Shown in pieces: positions 36,330 through 44,705 of a stretch of DNA of 64,000 nt. A model generated the notes under the pieces. The model was not told where the DNA came from. It did not search any database and was given only the letters and a program-made list of their open reading frames with translations. Positions within the stretch are counted from its first letter, which is position 1; each line of letters opens with the position of its first letter. Source of the stretch: Longimicrobiaceae bacterium. Lineage in GTDB: Bacteria; Gemmatimonadota; Gemmatimonadetes; Longimicrobiales; Longimicrobiaceae. Both the position numbers and the translations under genes were made by a program. The stretch covers positions 20,750 through 84,749 of the forward strand of contig DASVQR010000021.1 of NCBI GenBank assembly GCA_036389055.1. Direction: 5' to 3'.

Positions 36330-36635
36330 TCAGCCCTCGTCGTCCAGGAACGGCGAGGGCTTTCGCGCGCGCTGCTCGGTGAGCTTGAGGGCGGACTGGA
36401 GGTGGCGGGCGGCCTCGCGGCCGTCGTCGTCGCGGCGGAGCACGCGCTCCGCGTCGGCGAGCGCGGCGCGCACGCGGGTGCGCGCCTCCTCGGGGGCGTC
36501 GGAGCCGGCGACGGCGCGGGCCAGGTCGGCCAGCTTGTCGGCGAGCTGGTCGGCGCGGAGGGGGCTGTCGCCCACGCGGAGGGCCTCCTCGTGGGCGGCG
36601 GAGAGCCTGCGGGCCAGGTCTTGGGCAAACGGCAC
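36330..36635 (-). CDS. hypothetical helical protein (101 aa)
   Basis: GTG start preceded by GGGAGG 5 nt upstream. The protein begins VPFAQDLARRLSAAHEEALRVG. I recognised no family. Confidence 0.4.
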   Translation of the reverse strand: MPFAQDLARRLSAAHEEALRVGDSPLRADQLADKLADLARAVAGSDAPEEARTRVRAALADAERVLRRDDDGREAARHLQSALKLTEQRARKPSPFLDDEG

Positions 36636-36693
36636 GGCGCCTCCCGGGTGCGGGTCCACACGCAACGTGTTCTCCCTCCGCCCGCGGCGCAAC

Positions 36694-37557
36694 TCAGGTG
36701 CCGTCGCTCCACCACCCCACGTGCGCGGGGTTCCCCGCCACGTACGGCGTCCGCAGCGTGGCTTCGCCGGGGGCGGGCACCTCCAGCTCCACCGCGTCCG
36801 CCACCACGTAAAAGGCCTCCGCCAGCGGCGAGCCCGCCTCCGTCCACACCACGACGGCGAAGCTGTCCGGCCCCCAGGCGGCCGCGCGGCGCAGCTCCCC
36901 CTCCCCCGCGCGGGGGACCAGCTGGAACTCGGGGTGGTGGAAGTAGCGGGGACAGGTGTTGTGGCGCACGCCGCGGAAGCGCAGCCGGGCGAGGTGGTAG
37001 TAGTCCAGGTCGGTGCTCCCCACCACCGCCAGCACGGCGTCCGGGCCCGCCTCGCCCGGCGGCGGCGCCTCGATCCACACCCAGTCCCAGATGCGCAGCT
37101 CCGAGGCCGCGCGCAGCGTCCGCCCGGCGTCGGCGCGCGGCAGCCCACGCCGGATCCGGTCCATCGCCGCGTCCAGGCGGCGCCGCACCGGTTCGGGGGC
37201 CTGGTCCACCGGCCCCGGATCGGCGGCCACGGCGTACAGCGCCTCGATCTCGCCGGGGGCGGGGACGCGCCTGCCCGCCGCCTTCGCCGCGCGGCGCTGC
37301 CGGGCCAGGTCCTCGACGCCGTGCAGGAAGCGCTCGCGGGCGGCGACCAGCGTCCGCAGCGCGCCCTCCAGCTGCGCCGCGTCGAGCCGGTCCGCGGGGC
37401 CGAAGCCGTGCGTCCGGCCAAGGCTCGCGAACGTCTCGTGGAAGCTGCCGCGGGTGAGCCAGGCGTACCGCTCCACGCACCACTGCAGCGCCCGGAAGCG
37501 GCGGGGGAGCGGGAGCCCGGCGTCCATCGCGCGGCGGGCCGCGACGGTGAAGCCCAT
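36694..37557 (-). CDS. hypothetical protein (287 aa)
   Basis: Start at MGFTVAARRAMDAG, overlapping the upstream stop as ATGA. The C-terminal half has ordinary composition (IWDWVWIEAPPPG, DLDYYHLARLRFRGVRHNTCPRYFHHPEF). I recognised no family. Confidence 0.5.
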   Translation of the reverse strand: MGFTVAARRAMDAGLPLPRRFRALQWCVERYAWLTRGSFHETFASLGRTHGFGPADRLDAAQLEGALRTLVAARERFLHGVEDLARQRRAAKAAGRRVPAPGEIEALYAVAADPGPVDQAPEPVRRRLDAAMDRIRRGLPRADAGRTLRAASELRIWDWVWIEAPPPGEAGPDAVLAVVGSTDLDYYHLARLRFRGVRHNTCPRYFHHPEFQLVPRAGEGELRRAAAWGPDSFAVVVWTEAGSPLAEAFYVVADAVELEVPAPGEATLRTPYVAGNPAHVGWWSDGT

Positions 37558-37847
37558 CAGCCGGGGGGCGGGGCGCCGTCCCGCGGCGGGATGCGGGCCA
37601 GGAGCTGCGCCACGTTCTCCGGGGTGATCATGGCGCCCACCAGCCGGAAGCGCACCCGCTCGCCGTCGGCGAGGGCGAGCGTGGGGATGCCGCGGATGCG
37701 GCGCGCCTCGGATTCGGCGCGGCCGGCGTCGTCCTCCACGTCGAACGTCTCCAGCGGCAGCCCGTGCGCGCGGGCGATCTCCTCGGCGACGGGGCGCTTC
37801 TGGTGGCACACGCTGCACCAGTCGGCGCGGAAGTAGAGCAGCTTCAC
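37557..37847 (-). CDS. thioredoxin family protein
   Basis: GTG start giving VKLLYFRADWCSVCHQKRPV (WCxxC active site) and IRGIPTL (cis-Pro loop). It has 4-nt overlaps with both neighbours. Confidence 0.7.
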   Translation of the reverse strand: MKLLYFRADWCSVCHQKRPVAEEIARAHGLPLETFDVEDDAGRAESEARRIRGIPTLALADGERVRFRLVGAMITPENVAQLLARIPPRDGAPPPG

Positions 37848-38085
37848 GGCGGGTCTCCGGTGGGCGGGTCCTCGGCGGCGCACGCGGTGCACTCCAGCGT
37901 CCGCCCCAGGAAGCCGGCGCGCCCCTCGGCGGTGAGCACCCAGGGGCGCACCTGCCAGGGCGGGTCGTGGCGGACGTGCTGCGTGTGGCCGCACTCCAGG
38001 TCGGCTACCCAGTGGCCGTCGCCGTCCCGGTGGAAGCCGGCGATGCGGCGCGGGACGGCGGGCCCGGCGCGGGGGTCGCGGCGCA
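37844..38085 (-). CDS. DUF3565 domain-containing protein
   Basis: GTG start. IAGFHRDGDGHWVADLECGHTQHVRHDPPW...LECTAC matches the DUF3565 Cys/His pattern as I remember it. Confidence 0.6.
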
Positions 38086-38094
38086 CGGCGCGGC

Positions 38095-38613
38095 TCAGCG
38101 GAGGACGACGGCGACGCTCGCCCCGCCCCCGGGCGCGACGTACGGGCGGATGGCGGTGCCCCCCACCGGGCGCCAGCGCTCGCGGCCCAGCGCCAGCCCG
38201 ATCCCCAGCCCCGCCAGCGCCCCCACGGGCGCTCCCTCCACCAGGGCGGCCACGCCGTTGAACTCGTCGTTGTCGTAGCGCGCGTCCGCGTACGACTTGT
38301 ACACGGCGAACCCGAGGACGGCCCCGATCGCCATCCCCTTCAGGGCGGAGCCGAAGGTGCGGCGGCCGCGGCTCACCTCGATCAGCTCCACGCGGTCCCA
38401 GGGGAGCGACCGGCCGGAGGGGCCCGACGCGACCTCCAGGCGCGCGGAGTCGGCGCGCACCACGGTGCCCGCGAAGCGGCGCCCCCCGGCGCCGGCCTCC
38501 AGCACGCGCACCCGCGCGCCGGGGACCACCTGCCGCGGGAAGGGTCCCTCCGACTGGGCGCGGAGCGGCGCGGCGGCGAGCAGGACGAGCGCGAGCAGGG
38601 GGAGGAAACGCAT
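38095..38613 (-). CDS. hypothetical exported protein with a C-terminal glycine-zipper membrane segment
   Basis: Start at MRFLPLLALVLLAAAPLRAQ (signal). The C-terminal part is Gly-rich and hydrophobic (GMAIGAVLGFAV, GAPVGALAGLGIGLALG). Confidence 0.5.
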   Translation of the reverse strand: MRFLPLLALVLLAAAPLRAQSEGPFPRQVVPGARVRVLEAGAGGRRFAGTVVRADSARLEVASGPSGRSLPWDRVELIEVSRGRRTFGSALKGMAIGAVLGFAVYKSYADARYDNDEFNGVAALVEGAPVGALAGLGIGLALGRERWRPVGGTAIRPYVAPGGGASVAVVLR

Positions 38614-38769
38614 GGGGAGATCCCGGGATGGTTGAAAAGCGTGGACGGGAGCGGACACCCGGTGTGCTTCTTGCTTGTGCCGTGGTGAACCCGCTGGATC
38701 TTCGCGCCCCCCGCCGTGGTATCCCGGGGTGCCCCTGGAACGCGCCGCGCCCCGCACCCGAGCAGGCAG

Positions 38770-39174
38770 ATGAGCAAGCAGCCCACCATCCTCGTCGTGG
38801 ACGACGAGCCCGAGATGCGCGACGTGTGCCGCGCGGCGCTCGCCAAGGAAGGCTACCTGGTGATCCAGGCCGGGGACGGCCTGGAGGCGCTGGAGATCCT
38901 GGACCGCCCCGGCGGCGGCGTGGACCTGGTGGTCTCCGACGCCGTGATGCCGCGCATGGGAGGCCGCGAGCTGCTCTGGGAGATGTCCCGCCGCCACCCC
39001 GGGATCCCGGTGCTGCTGGCCTCGGGGATCCTGCACGACCCGGACGCCTCGTACGGGCTGGAGGTGGCGCCGGCCGCCTTCGTCCCCAAGCCCTTCGACC
39101 CGCGCCAGCTGGTGCAGACGGTGCGCGACACGCTGGGCGGCACCGTGGAGCTGGGCGGCGGGAGCGCGGCCTGA
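38770..39174 (+). CDS. stand-alone response regulator receiver protein (CheY-like)
   Basis: Start at MSKQPTILVVDDEPEMR. The phospho-acceptor is in DLVVSDAVMP. It also has LLASG and FVPKPF. Confidence 0.85.
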   Translation: MSKQPTILVVDDEPEMRDVCRAALAKEGYLVIQAGDGLEALEILDRPGGGVDLVVSDAVMPRMGGRELLWEMSRRHPGIPVLLASGILHDPDASYGLEVAPAAFVPKPFDPRQLVQTVRDTLGGTVELGGGSAA

Positions 39175-39180
39175 GCCGGC

Positions 39181-39618
39181 TCAGCGCACGTACACCCCGT
39201 ACCCGTAGTGGACGGTGTCGCCCGCGAGCAGGGCCGTCCACGGCCGGTCCGCCGTGACGAACTTCCCCGGGTACAGGTCCAGCACCAGCCGCCCGCCCGG
39301 CTCCCTCTCCACCGCGAAGTCCCCGCTCTCCTCCCGGGTCCGCCCCCGCGCCTCCCCGCCCGCCACCACCACCTCCTCGGTGCGCACGCTCCAGCGCCCC
39401 CCTTCCAGCACGAAGCTCCCCCCCAGCACCCGCAGGCTGTCCGCCGTCACCCCGACGGCGTGCGTCGCCGGCACCGCCAGCTCCACGCCGTCCCCCGGCC
39501 GCACCGCCCGCAGCACGAAGGTGCCCGAAGCAGCGTCGTCCGGTCCGGTCGCCCCGCCGGCGCAGCCGGCGAGGAGCACGAGCGCGAGGGAGCGGCCAAG
39601 CCTGACGTGCGGATGCAT
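39181..39618 (-). CDS. hypothetical lipoprotein
   Basis: 145-aa ORF with the lipobox LLAGC near the N-terminus. Confidence 0.5.
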   Translation of the reverse strand: MHPHVRLGRSLALVLLAGCAGGATGPDDAASGTFVLRAVRPGDGVELAVPATHAVGVTADSLRVLGGSFVLEGGRWSVRTEEVVVAGGEARGRTREESGDFAVEREPGGRLVLDLYPGKFVTADRPWTALLAGDTVHYGYGVYVR

Positions 39619-39734
39619 GAGATCTCCAGGTCGAGGGAGCGGTGCCGGAAGCGGGCGCCCAGCGCCCCGCCGTTGACGACGCCACCCGCCCCGATGTCAC
39701 GCACCCGATCCAGCGGACCCCGGCACCACCCCGC

Positions 39735-39863
39735 GTGAGGGATTTCGGCCCGAAGGGGCGAGACCCGGCGGCAGTTTGCCGGGGCTCGACTCCGTCAGGC
39801 AGCGTTGTTTGCTGCCTTACGGAGCCGAAGCCCGACCCGGCGCCAGCCGGGGCACGCCCGAAC
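39735..39863. repeat. family-B multi-hairpin element (best-preserved copy)
   Basis: GTGAGGGAT-TTCGGCCCGAAGGGGCGAGAC-CCGGCggcagtttGCCGG-GGCTCGA-CTCCGTCAGGCAGCgttgtttGCTGCCTTACGGAG-CCGAAGCCCGA-CCCGGCgccaGCCGGG-GCACGCCCGAAC. Confidence 0.85.
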
Positions 39864-39870
39864 CGCTCTT

Positions 39871-40218
39871 CTAAATAAGCTTGTGCTGCTCCGCCAGGTC
39901 CCGCGGCACCGGAACTCGCAGCAGGTCCGGCGCCTGGTTGGGAGCCGCCTCCGCCCGCGTGGAAAGCACGCACCGCCCGTCGGAGTCGTACACCATGACG
40001 TACAGCTCCGGCAGCGACCCGCCGATCCGGTCGTCCACGTCCATGAACTGCTCCTCCGTGAAGCGGAAGACCACCTCGCCGTACACGTCGGTCACGTCGG
40101 TGCCCAGGTGGTCGTCGCGCGAGACCCGGTCGCGGTCGTACAGGCAGACGATGGCGCCGGAGATCCACTCGGTGGGAGCGTCGGCGACGAACAGCTTGAC
40201 GCGGGTCTGGTACTCCAA
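39871..40218 (-). CDS. hypothetical protein (115 aa), transthyretin/Ig-like beta-sandwich suspected
   Basis: ORF with ordinary composition (KLFVADAPTEWISGAIVCLYDRD..., PELYVMVYDSDG). The fold guess is tentative. Confidence 0.45.
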   Translation of the reverse strand: MEYQTRVKLFVADAPTEWISGAIVCLYDRDRVSRDDHLGTDVTDVYGEVVFRFTEEQFMDVDDRIGGSLPELYVMVYDSDGRCVLSTRAEAAPNQAPDLLRVPVPRDLAEQHKLI

Positions 40219-40396
40219 GCGAGCCTCGCGGCGGCCGGCGGTGGACGGGCGGGACGGACCCGCGCCGCCCCGGGGCTTCGGCGCGGCGCCCCAAGTGTCG
40301 GCCCGCCGGGCACGGAGCGCAAGCCTCCGCGTGGACGAAAAAGGAGCGGCGGGAGGCGTGGACCGCCCCCCGCCGCCGCGCTTCCGTCCGCGCCGC

Positions 40397-40825
40397 CTAG
40401 CGGCCGATCGCGAACGGAGCGGACGCCAGCTCGACCTGCGGCAGGCCGGTGGCCAGGAGCTCCACGCGGGTGCGCAGCCGGTACACCCCGGCCTCCAGCC
40501 CCGCGGAGAGCGCGCGGCGGTAGGGGACGCTCCCGCCCGGCTCCAGGGTGCGCAGGTCGGCGGTGCAGAGCACCAGCGGCTCGTCGACCACGATCCACCC
40601 CGCGCCCTCCCGCCGCTCCAGCGAGGCGAGGCACAGGTTGTAGCCCACCGCCAGGTCGGACTCGTTCACCAGGCGCGCGGCCACGGTGTCGCCCGGGGCG
40701 TAGGCGGCGCGCTCCACGGCGAGGGAGACGCCGTCCACGCGCGGGTCGGGATCGAGGAGCGAGGTGCAGGCGGCGAGCGCCATCGTGCCCAGCGCGAGCA
40801 TCGTCCGACGAAGTGCAGCGGCCAT
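40397..40825 (-). CDS. hypothetical lipoprotein
   Basis: Start at MAAALRRTMLALGTMALAAC (lipobox). Confidence 0.5.
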   Translation of the reverse strand: MAAALRRTMLALGTMALAACTSLLDPDPRVDGVSLAVERAAYAPGDTVAARLVNESDLAVGYNLCLASLERREGAGWIVVDEPLVLCTADLRTLEPGGSVPYRRALSAGLEAGVYRLRTRVELLATGLPQVELASAPFAIGR

Positions 40826-40903
40826 GGCAGCCTCCGGAGATCGGGGTGGGAGTGACGACCTGCTTCGCACTGACGCGCCCCCGCGCGCCCGGGTCACGGC
40901 GCG

Positions 40904-41290
40904 CTAGCGGATCTCCACCCGCAGCCGGAATTCGGCGTTGCCGCGGGTGCCGCCCACCACGACGCGGTAGTCGCCGGAGCGCGGCAGCACGCCGCTCCAG
41001 GCCGTGGCGTCGTCCGTCTCGTCGGCGCCGGGGAGCGTGCCGCCCCGGCCGGGGCCGCGCAGCTGGAAGACGGCGTTGTCCTCGGGCGACGTGACCTGCA
41101 CGCGCATCCGCTGGCCGGCCCGCGCCCACACCAGGTACACGGCGCGCTCGCCGCGGAGCACGGCGCCGTCCACCACGGCGGAGGTGGCCCCGCGGGCGAA
41201 GCGGATGCGCCGCGGCGCGTCCTGGGCGACGAATGCGCCGAGCAGGAGCGCCAGGAGGAGGGGGAGCAGGGCGGGTCGGAAGGCTCGCAT
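40904..41290 (-). CDS. hypothetical exported protein (128 aa)
   Basis: It has a signal peptide (MRAFRPALLPLLLALLLGAFVAQ) and is beta-rich, ending RGNAEFRLRVEIR. Confidence 0.5.
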   Translation of the reverse strand: MRAFRPALLPLLLALLLGAFVAQDAPRRIRFARGATSAVVDGAVLRGERAVYLVWARAGQRMRVQVTSPEDNAVFQLRGPGRGGTLPGADETDDATAWSGVLPRSGDYRVVVGGTRGNAEFRLRVEIR

Positions 41291-41502
41291 CGGGGGGCTC
41301 GGCCGGGTGGAGGGGGAGGAACCGCCGACCGCAACCTACGCCGCTCGGGGAGGGCCGGCGACCGCGCCCGGCGCTCGGGGCGGTCAGGAGCCGACAGCGT
41401 TCAGCCGGGCGGCGTCCGGGACCCCGGAAAAATCGAAGCCGCAGGCGCCTCTTCTGGGCACCTGCGGCTTCGGCAACCGCGGGACCGGTGCCGCCGGGGC
41501 TG

Positions 41503-42501
41503 CTACTCCGGCCGGGCAGCGGCCAGGCGCTCCAGCCGCGCCTCCAGCTTGGCGAGGCGGGCGGCCTGCGCCGCCTGCGCGGCGCGCAGCTCCGTGTTCT
41601 CCCGCTCCAGCGCCCCGATGCGCTCGCCCTGCTCCGCGGTGCGGCGCTCCAGCGCCTGCGCGGCGGCCAGGTTGACGCCGTCGAAGTCGCCGGAGTTGAT
41701 GGTGAGCGAGTCGCCGCTCAGCCCGAAGGCGCGGTGCCAGTCCTGCGCCATGGGCCCCACGTGCCGCGTCCCGCGCCCCTGGGCGACGTAGTTCCAGCTG
41801 GTCACCGGCACGCCGCGCAGCCGCAGCAGCAGCTCCTCGCCGTCCAGGGCGAGGAAGTTCTCCTTGCGGCGGCGGTCGGAGACCACGTCCCAGCTGCTGC
41901 CGTTGGCGGCGATGGTCACGCCCGAGAGCAGGTTGGCGTTGGTGTAGATGCGGAAGCCGCCGGCCACCCGGAAGGTGGCCTGGTTGTTGGCGGCGGAGCG
42001 GATGGAGTCGGGGGTGGAGAAGTCACCGAAGACGAAGCTCCCCGGCTTGGCGTTGCTGTGCGCGTGGTAGCCCAGCGTGACGGAGGCGTAGCTGTTGGAG
42101 GTGTTGTTCTCGCCGATGGCGACCGCCGAGCCCTGGGTGGCCGAGCTCCCCGGCCCCACGGCGAAGGTGTTGTCGCCGTTCGCGCGGGAGTTGAAGCCCA
42201 GGGCGACGGAGTACATCCCCACGTTGGGGTCGTTCCACTGCGTGCCGTTCACCCGCCCGGCGCGGAAGGCGCCCTTGCCGGGATACCACATCAGCCGCGT
42301 CCCCGTCCCCTCCATGGGGATGGGGCCCACGAAGTCGTCGCCGCGGGAAGCGAGCCCGCCGTCCTTGCGGACGAAGAACACCAGCCCGTTCTCGTCGTTG
42401 CGGACCACCACCTGGGTGTCCGGCACCTGGGCGAGCGCGGGGGACGCGGCGCCCAGGAGCAGGGCGCCCAGCAGGAGCACGGTGCGGCGCGCGGAGGTCA
42501 T
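41503..42501 (-). CDS. exported tail-fibre-like protein with a C-terminal Peptidase_S74 (intramolecular chaperone) domain and coiled coil
   Basis: 332-aa ORF with a signal peptide and YadA/Hep_Hag-like head repeats (SVALGFNSRANGDNTFAVG, AVAIGENNTS, VTLGYHAHSN). These are followed by SDRRRKENF...HVGPMAQDW and a coiled coil. Confidence 0.75.
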   Translation of the reverse strand: MTSARRTVLLLGALLLGAASPALAQVPDTQVVVRNDENGLVFFVRKDGGLASRGDDFVGPIPMEGTGTRLMWYPGKGAFRAGRVNGTQWNDPNVGMYSVALGFNSRANGDNTFAVGPGSSATQGSAVAIGENNTSNSYASVTLGYHAHSNAKPGSFVFGDFSTPDSIRSAANNQATFRVAGGFRIYTNANLLSGVTIAANGSSWDVVSDRRRKENFLALDGEELLLRLRGVPVTSWNYVAQGRGTRHVGPMAQDWHRAFGLSGDSLTINSGDFDGVNLAAAQALERRTAEQGERIGALERENTELRAAQAAQAARLAKLEARLERLAAARPE

Positions 42502-42687
42502 GGCGGTCGGGGAGCGGGGAAGCGTCGGGGTGCGCGGCGGACCGGCGGACGGCCCGGCGTGAGCCGGCGCCGTCGTGCATGGTTTGTGGCCGCGGGGCTG
42601 TGGGTTTGGGGCGAAAAGATAAACGATCGGGCCGGCCCGTCGCCAGGCCGGCCCGATGGAGGGGAGCGGAAGGAGGCTCGACCCGGA

Positions 42688-43764
42688 CTACCGCCGGGGC
42701 GCCGCGGCGGCGGCGAGCGCCGCCTCGATGCGGTCCAGCCGCTCCTTCAGCGCGGCGTTCTCCTCGCGGAGCCCACGGATCTCCTCGGCCTGCGCGGCGG
42801 TGCGGCGCTCCAGCGCCTGCGCGGCCGCCAGCGCCACGCCGTCGGCGTCCACCGTGGCGATGGTCTTCTCGTCGCGGCCCAGGCCGAAGGCGGCGCGGAA
42901 GTCCTGCGCGGTGGGGCCCAGGTGGCGGACGGCGTCCTCCTCCACCCGGTAGCTCCACGAGGTGATGGGCATCGCCCGGAGCCGCAGCAGCACGTCCTCC
43001 CCCGTGACCCGCTCGAACAGGTGCTTGCGGTTGACGTCCGAGGCGTTGGTCCAGGTGCCGCCGGAGGAGAGGTACGCCCCGGTGCTGGTGGCGATCATCG
43101 TCCCGCTCTGCCCGAAGTGGTCGGTGGGGCAGGTGGTGCCCAGGTTGGACACCGACGCCCCGCCGAACGCCACGCCCGTGCTGAGGTTGCTGCTGGTGAA
43201 GATGCGGAAGCCGCACGCCACCCGGAACGTGGCCTGGTGGGCGTGGCCCGCGCGGGTCGAGTCCGCCGAGGAGCGGTCGGAGAACACGAAGCTCCCCTGC
43301 TTGGTGTTGGTGTGCGCGTGGTAGCCCAGCGCCACGGACGCCGCGCCGGAGGCCGTGTTGTCCTCGCCGATGGCGACGCTGGACACGTTGGCCGCGGTGC
43401 TGCGCACCCCGAGCGCCACCCCGTTGTCGCCGCTGGCGCGCACGTTCTCGCCGAGAGCCACCGAGTAGTTGCCGATGTTGGCGTCGTCCCACTGGGTGCC
43501 GTTGATGTAGCCGGCGCGGAAGGCGGCCTTGCCGGGATACCACATCAGCCGCGTCCCCGAGCCCTCCGCGGGGATGCGGGAGCCGAACCCGCCGTCGTAG
43601 TCGCCGCCCAGGAGCGTGCCCCCGTCGACGTTGACGCGGAACAGGCTCTTGCCGCTCCAGCTGGCGGCGATCACGGAGTCGGGCGTCTGCGCGCGCAGGC
43701 CGGGAACGGTGCCCAGGAACATGGCGCCCAGCAGGAGCGCCACGCGGCGTGTCGAGTTTGTCAT
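42688..43764 (-). CDS. exported tail-fibre-like protein with a C-terminal Peptidase_S74 domain and coiled coil (paralog)
   Basis: Start at MTNSTRRVALLLGAMFLG. It has the same architecture as its neighbour (SVALGENVRASGDNGVALG, VAIGEDNTASG, SDVNRKHLF...HLGPTAQDF, coiled coil). Confidence 0.75.
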   Translation of the reverse strand: MTNSTRRVALLLGAMFLGTVPGLRAQTPDSVIAASWSGKSLFRVNVDGGTLLGGDYDGGFGSRIPAEGSGTRLMWYPGKAAFRAGYINGTQWDDANIGNYSVALGENVRASGDNGVALGVRSTAANVSSVAIGEDNTASGAASVALGYHAHTNTKQGSFVFSDRSSADSTRAGHAHQATFRVACGFRIFTSSNLSTGVAFGGASVSNLGTTCPTDHFGQSGTMIATSTGAYLSSGGTWTNASDVNRKHLFERVTGEDVLLRLRAMPITSWSYRVEEDAVRHLGPTAQDFRAAFGLGRDEKTIATVDADGVALAAAQALERRTAAQAEEIRGLREENAALKERLDRIEAALAAAAAPRR

Positions 43765-43927
43765 GTGGGGGAAGCCGGGAGAACGGACGGTGAGAGGGAG
43801 CGCGGACCCGGAGGGACCGGGGTGCGGCTGCGCCGCCGGGCGGGGATGCATTCCCGCCGAGATCGGGAGGTGTGGAGCCTGAAGATAAGCGGGGGCCGGC
43901 GATCGCGGAAGGGCCGGCCCCGCCGGC

Positions 43928-44617
43928 TCAGCGGAAGAAGGCGATGGGCATCTGGACCAGCACGGGGACCGGCTCGCCCTCGATCTTCGCCGGGTCGAAC
44001 CGCATGGTCCCGGCGACGTCCAGCGCCGCCGCGTCCACCGCCGCCACGCCGGAAGACAGCTCCACCCGGGCGTCCTCCGTGCGGCCGTCCCTCGTCACCA
44101 CGAACTTGACCATCACGCCCTTGGGGCCGTCCGCGAGCAGGGCGGAGTTCCGGCGCGCAAACACGCTCACCGCCCGCTCGACGGCCCGGGCGTTGAGGAG
44201 GACCGGCTTCTGCTCCTCCGGCCCGGACAGGGAGACGCGCTTCCCCGTGCGGAGGGCCAGCGACGTCCAGCGGAGGAGCGTGTCCGCCGGCTGCGTGCGC
44301 GCCGACGCCCGGATGGCCGCCTCCAGTGCCGGCAGGTGCTCGGGCGCGACCCGGTCCCCGGTGCGCACCGCCACGGAATCGACCTGGCCCGACGCGGAGA
44401 ACTTGACGTGCACGAGGGCGCGCTTCCCGGTGGGCGGCTCGGGCAGCTCCCGGAGGCGCGCCACGAGCCCGGCGGAATCGAGCGCCTCCGAGACGGAGAC
44501 GTGCCTGTACCGGGCCCACAGCAGCGAGTCGGCGGGGTGCTGCGCGTGCAGGCCGGGCGCGGCGGCGAGGAGGAAGGCCGCCGCGAGGAGCAGGCGGCGC
44601 GCGGAGTGCATCGACAT
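43928..44617 (-). CDS. exported protein with a TonB C-terminal-like domain
   Basis: 229-aa ORF with a signal peptide. The C-terminus reads VMVKFVVTRDGRTEDARVELSSGVAAVDAAALDVAGTMRFDPAKIEGEPVPVLVQMPIAFF (TonB_C pattern). Confidence 0.6.
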   Translation of the reverse strand: MSMHSARRLLLAAAFLLAAAPGLHAQHPADSLLWARYRHVSVSEALDSAGLVARLRELPEPPTGKRALVHVKFSASGQVDSVAVRTGDRVAPEHLPALEAAIRASARTQPADTLLRWTSLALRTGKRVSLSGPEEQKPVLLNARAVERAVSVFARRNSALLADGPKGVMVKFVVTRDGRTEDARVELSSGVAAVDAAALDVAGTMRFDPAKIEGEPVPVLVQMPIAFFR

Positions 44618-44705
44618 GTGTGTCTCGAAGTGGGAGCGTGGACGGGGGGACCGTCCGACGGCGTGGAGGGCGGCGCGCCGCCCTCCACGCCTCCGTCCGG
44701 GCCGT

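Noticed and set aside
41503-43764. Prophage or tailocin call based on the two tail-fibre/S74 genes.
   Set aside because: No other phage structural, lysis, replication or integration genes occur within about 10 kb on either side. Both proteins carry Sec signals, which points to host surface proteins.
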